From Octopus bimaculoides (taxonomy: Eukaryota), in NCBI RefSeq assembly GCF_001194135.2, contig NC_068993.1, positions 24,987,323 through 25,027,409 on the forward strand: a stretch of 40,087 nucleotides of DNA, read 5' to 3'. The stretch's first letter is position 1. Every line of letters starts with the position of its first letter. The position numbers and the translations under genes were made by a program. Of the stretch, positions 34,889 through 40,087 are shown piece by piece. Below the pieces are notes generated by a model, which saw nothing but the letters and a program-made list of their open reading frames with translations, did not search any database and was not told the DNA's origin.

Positions 34889-35275
34889 TATCACAGAAGT
34901 ATGTACACCCCTAAAAAATTTCAGTAAAATTGCTATTACTCTGATAATATTGAAGGAAACCAAGCAAAATTTATACTGAATAAAAATATAGTATACATGC
35001 AAACATTATACAAACCTGGAACACAAAACAATAAACATTTTAAAAGATATGAACAAAATATTAATTTTCAAACAATAAAAAAATATGTACACCCTAAAGG
35101 ATTATTTTCTATATTCAATATTTGGTGCGACCGCCCTTGCTTTCAATGACTGCATTAAGTCTTCTGGGCATAGAGTCAACTAAATTTCCGCATACAACTG
35201 ATGAAATCAACCTCTATTCATCCTGAATTGTGTCTTTCAGCTGTGTTATGTTGTGGGGTTTCTTAACGGTAATTA
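34888..35275 (-). mobile_element. Tc1-family transposon 3' end (IR/DR-type terminus)
   Basis: Minus strand KKPHNITQLKDTIQDE*...NLVDSMPRRLNAVIESKGGRTKY*; direct repeats TATGTACACCC at about 34902 and 35083. Confidence 0.85.
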
Positions 35276-35421
35276 CTAGCATTCCCCATCCACCTTTGTT
35301 TTCCATACATATATATATACATATGTATATATATATATACATAAATAAAATATATATCATGTATATAAGAATAATGGAAAATGGAGACAGATGCTCAAGA
35401 TGTCATTTAAATTATTTATAT

Positions 35422-35506
35422 CACCAACATATGTTCCGATAGATGCATTAAAATATATCCGAGAGGAAGAATAATGTGGAAAAATGCATCAATCTCATCA
35501 GGAAGG
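35422..35506 (-). ncRNA. Hammerhead motif with extended stem II
   Basis: CCTTC-CTGATGA-GATTGATGCATT...AATGCATCTATC-GGAAC-ATAT-GT-T-GGTG; palindromic ACATATGT stem III, A13 to G change, weak stem I. Confidence 0.55.
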
Positions 35507-35580
35507 ATATAAACACCCACTGAAATTTATTCATCTGCACAAATACTTCCTGTACTCCAAATTTTAGTAAAATCATTCAA

Positions 35581-38500
35581 TTGGTTGGTTGGCAGAAACC
35601 TAAAACTGCACTTGTAACTTACTCTAAAATGTCTCAAACAGATTCAGTATATGGCAAAAAAGGCTCGGGAATGTCAGGGGAACAGGTCTGGCTCGGCAGA
35701 TGTCCCAGTGTATCACAGGCTGGAATCGGTCATCATCCTGCCACTGTGGTCAAACAATCTTCAAGAAAAAGTAAAAATAAACATCCTTTGAATTTCGGTT
35801 GTTGGAATGTGCACACACTTCTTGATGATAATTTCAACAAGAGGCCAGAAAGGCGTACTGCACTTATTGCATGTGAGCTAAAGAAATATTTCCTTGATAT
35901 AGTTGCGCCCTCTGAAACTCGTCTCTCTGGTGAAGGTCAAGTAAATGAATCTACTTATAGATATACTACCTTTTGGAGAGAATCAGGTATTGGGTTTGCT
36001 CTCAAGAATACATTAATATCCTCCATTGCAGAGCTTCCAAGTGGCATATCTGAATGGATCATGTCATGCCATATTAAACTGACAAAAGGTAGGTTTCTCA
36101 CCGTTGTCAGTATTAATGCACCAACAATGTCTCATTCTGATGAAACCGTAGGACAGTTTTATGATGATCTAGCACAATTATTGAGGAGAGTACCAATTTC
36201 TGACAAGCTGGTCATATTGGGAGATTTCAATGCAAGAGTTGGAAAGGACTATATTTAATGGCCTGTTTTAGGTCAACATGGGACTAGAAAATGCAATAAA
36301 AATGGAGTAGCTCTTTTGACGTTTTGTACTGAGAATAATCTGGCTGTCACCAACACTGTTTAAGCAGAAAAATAAATATAAAACCACTTGGATGCACCCA
36401 AGATTTAAGCACTGGCATCTCATAGATTATATTCTGATAAGAAAACGTGAGATGAAAGACATTTCTCGCGTTCGGATCATGAGAGGAGCAGAGAGCTGGA
36501 CTGACCATCCATCATCTAGTACATGAAAAAATAGATTTTTTGATAATGCCTAAAAATCGATAGTCTGGTCCTAAGGTACCCAAAAAGTTAAATGTTGCAA
36601 ACTTTAAATTAACAAGCAACTTACAAAGATTACATGATGCTATAGAAAGTATCAATCTTGACCCAAACAATTTATGGGAAGATTTCAAAACAAAAGTATT
36701 TCAGGCTGCAAGTTCGTCAGTGGGATTTAAATCTCATATGTCCAGTGACTGGTTCTGAGATAGATCAGCAGAAATTCATGATCTACTTTTAGAAAAATAA
36801 AACTTAGCCAATACACTTCTTTCTCAGTCCTTGAACCCAAAACTTACAGAAAGCTGAAAAGGAAAGTGCAGACTGCTCTAAGGAAAATTAAACAGGAATA
36901 GTGAAATGATAGAGCAAAAGGGGCACAAGAAGAAGCTGATAGAAATGATGCCAAGGGTTTGTACTCTTATGTTAAGGAGGTATATGGCCCCAAATCTTCT
37001 TCAATAGCTCCAGTGAGACCAGCAAATGGACATTTTCTTCTGACTGACACCGCTTCTATTCATAAACGCTGGGTAGAACATTTTTCTGCACTTTTGAATA
37101 GACCATCATCTGTTGACATGAGGACAATAGAAAAAATTGAACAACTTCCAGTTATAGAAGAGATGGCATCTGAACCAACTCTAAATGACATTTATTTAGC
37201 TGTGAATAAGCTGAATAACAATAAGTCTCAAGGGTCTGATGGAATCTGTGCAGAGGTCTTGAAATATGGGGGTGACAAAGTGTTAGAACTCTTAAATATA
37301 TTAATTTATTACTGATGGAGAACTGAGAAAGTGCCTCAAGACTGGATTCATGCCATTTTATATAGTCTCCTTGTATAAATCAGGGACAAAGGATCTGTGT
37401 GGTAATTTTTGAGGGATTTCACTTTTGTCTGTGGTTGGAAAGGTACTTGCCTGCATTTTGTTAGAACATTTAAATACCTTTATAATGCCAAATATAGTGT
37501 CCGAGTCTCAGTGTGGTTTTCGTTCCTCCAGAGGCACAGCTGATTGTATCTTAACTGTCAGACAATTACAAAAAAAGTGCATTGAACAGAATCTTGCTCT
37601 ATACCATTGCTTTGTTGATTTGAGCAAAGCATTCAAACTGTTAACTGAAATGCTCTGTGGCTAATTCTAAGGAAAATAGGTTGCCCAGAAAAATTTGTAA
37701 ACATGGTCAGGGCTTTGCATCAAGAGATGAAAGCTAGAGTTAATTTTGGTGGTAGGCTCTCTGAAACTTTTGCTGTGGAAAATGGAGTAAAGCAAGGAGA
37801 CCTTCATGCACCCACCCTTTTTGCAATATACTTTGCTGTTGTGTTGTCACACACTTTTCAAAACTCCGAGGAGGGTATTTACATAAAATATCGAACAACA
37901 GGGAATGTTTTTAATTTGACCCGACTGAAATTCAAAACGAAGGTTTTTACTTCACTCATTAGGGAACTTTTGTATGCTGAAGATTGCGATCTGGTTAGTC
38001 ATTCTGAATCGGGTCTGCAATCCCTTGTATCTGCATTTGACTCAGCTTGTGATGATTTTGGCTTGACCATCAACTTGAAAAAAACAGTTGTGATGCATCA
38101 ACCTGTGGGTGGTGCTGTTTGTAACCCCACTAAAATTTTTGTTACGGGAAAGTTACTTGAGGTTGTCAATTCGTTCGCCTACCTTAGAAGCTCTGTTCAA
38201 AATGATGGAAATCTTGATACAGAAATACAGCTGCAAATTCAAAGGACAGCAAAAGCATTGACTTGGAGTCACGTGTTTGGTGCCAGCAACATATAAATAA
38301 CAATACAAAATTGGCTCTTTACAAATCATTTGTCTTACCATCCTTGTCGTATTCTTGTGAAACTTGGACTTGTTATGAAAGGCATTTTAAATTGTTAGAA
38401 CAATTCCACCAAAAATGCCTTCATTGCATTTTAAAAATTAAATGGTGTTCATTTACTCCAAACACAGATGTTCTTGCACCTGCAGGCATCACCTCAGTTA

Positions 38501-38910
38501 AAGCTATGATTCTGAGGAACCAATTGAGATGGTGTGGCCATATTGTTCAAATGGCAGATGAACGCATGCCGAAACAGCTGTTTTATGGTGAGCTTGTAGA
38601 GGGGAAATGCTATCGATTTAAACTTTAAAAAAAAGGTTTAAGGACAGCATAAGGACTACTATGAAGTCACGTGGAATGGTTCAAGAAGATATAGAAACCC
38701 TTGCTTTGGATCGAGGTGGATGACGAACAAAGGTGTGGAGTAGGTTGAAAGCATTTGAAGAGGTGAAGATAATGCAAATAAGATTGAAAAGAGATCTAAG
38801 GAAGAATGCAACAATCAAGAAGGTGAATGACACTGAACTTTTTGTGTGCACAGCCTGTGACAGACAATGCCTGTCTTTTGCTGGCCTCAAATCTCATCTG
38901 CAAATGTAAT
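35581..38910 (+). mobile_element. Near full-length RTE-clade LINE (APE plus RT), many stops and frameshifts
   Basis: APE motifs GCWNVHTL, SETR, VSINAPT, LGDFNARVG; RT motifs QGSDGI, QCGFR, FVDLSKAF, GVKQGD, LLYAED; 3' CTACDRQC...GLKSH. The 5' boundary is approximate. Confidence 0.95.
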
Positions 38911-38944
38911 GTAATCACTACAATGTAAACAATGTAATCATTAC

Positions 38945-39030
38945 AATGATTACATTGTTCAATTAAATGGAGTTGCATGAAACGATCGTACTGCATTACC
39001 TCTGGATATCCTTGTTGCTTAATTTGATTA
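38945..39030 (+). repeat. 3' half of hammerhead family E repeat fused to the RTE tail
   Basis: CATTGTTCAATTAAATGGAGTTGCAT-GAAAC-GATC-GTA-CTGCATTACC... nearly identical to 31828-31904. Confidence 0.8.
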
Positions 39031-39035
39031 TAAAT

Positions 39036-39043
39036 ATGTGTGT

Positions 39044-39117
<74 letters not shown>
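39036..39117. repeat. (TG)n(AG)n microsatellite
   Basis: Directly visible. Confidence 0.98.
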
Positions 39118-39772
39118 AAAAAAGTTCAAGCAGAACAATTCAAACTTTTTGAGGAGTTCAAAAAGAGAGAAAATAATTGCTAATAAAAATTCATCATATT
39201 CAGAAATATCCTGCTAGAACAAGCAATAAGAATATGAAAATAACAAGTGAAAAGTTCGTTATAGGTATAAAACACCATAAACAATTATAAAAATGGAGAA
39301 GAGATGTTTAAAGAACAAAATTGGATTTAATATGCACATACGTACATTTCAAAGGGCAATATAAATATATAAGAAAAAATTATGATAATAATTATAATTA
39401 AAGTTATGTATTGTTATTCTCGTCAGTGTGAAGAATTTAAGGAAAAAATCATCAAAAAAGTTATTAATAAAAATTAAGAAGGAAAAACAAATGGGGTAAT
39501 ACGGAAAATTTAACTGAATATTTACAAATAACTTGTAAAATGTAAATATTAAGAGAAATGTAAAACAAGAACATGTCAATGTGTATGCAAGTCTGTTTAT
39601 GCAAAAAAATCTAAAAACTAATTTGGCTAACGGATATATTTAAAGATAAGTAGGAAAAGACCGAGACAAAACAAAGTGTAAACAAAAAAGAAAATCAAAC
39701 GCATGTGTCTAACATATACAAATATCATGTTCTCTAACAGACAAAAAAAAACTATAGAGACCTATACGTATA

Positions 39773-39937
39773 GGCGCAGGAGTGGCTGTGTGGTAAGTAG
39801 CTTGCATACCAACCACATGATTCCAGGTTCAGTCCCACTGAGTGGTACCTTGGGCAAGTGTCTTCTACAATAGCCTCGGGCCGACCAAAGCCTTGTAAGT
39901 GGATTTGGTAGACGGAAACTGAAAGAAGCCCGTCGTA

Positions 39938-39940
<3 letters not shown>
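39773..39940 (+). mobile_element. Young tRNA-head SINE (5' part)
   Basis: A box TGGCTGTGTGG at 39783-39793, B-box-like GGTTCAGTCCC at 39826-39836; CpGs retained. Confidence 0.85.
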
Positions 39941-39966
<26 letters not shown>

Positions 39967-39968
<2 letters not shown>

Positions 39969-40087
39969 CGTCGTTGTCGTCGTCGTTTAACGTCCGCTTT
40001 CCATGCTAGCATGGGTTGGACGATTTGACTGAGGACTGGTGAAACCAGATGGCTACACCAGGCTCCAATCTGATTTGGCAGTGTTTC
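39967..40087 (-). mobile_element. SINE-like repeat, (GAT/GAC)n-tail family, running off the window
   Basis: Highly similar to 7075-7180. Confidence 0.85.

Overview
AT-rich, repeat-dense eukaryotic DNA with three assembly gaps. The SINE/MITE/LINE families look like those of Octopus (cephalopod); this is pattern recognition, not a database match. Most of the window is decayed mobile DNA: several mariner copies (two with both TIRs), Tc1 and pogo remnants, a near full-length RTE LINE, six R4/Dong-like LINE fragments, Penelope-like (PLE) remnants, tRNA-derived SINEs, MITEs and microsatellites. No complete host gene can be supported. There is one plausible terminal exon ending ...EKDEEL* followed by AATAAA (23158-23281, +). 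The main signal not shown by the ORF track is about 13 minimal type I hammerhead-ribozyme motifs from roughly 7-8 repeat families, folded by eye. Two large inverted structures carry a hammerhead in each arm: a head-to-head tRNA-promoter/(TAA)n/hammerhead SINE pair (16348-16959) and a 1.1-kb foldback (30818-31904). Two same-strand hammerheads also bracket a PLE GIY-YIG fragment (25456-26222).
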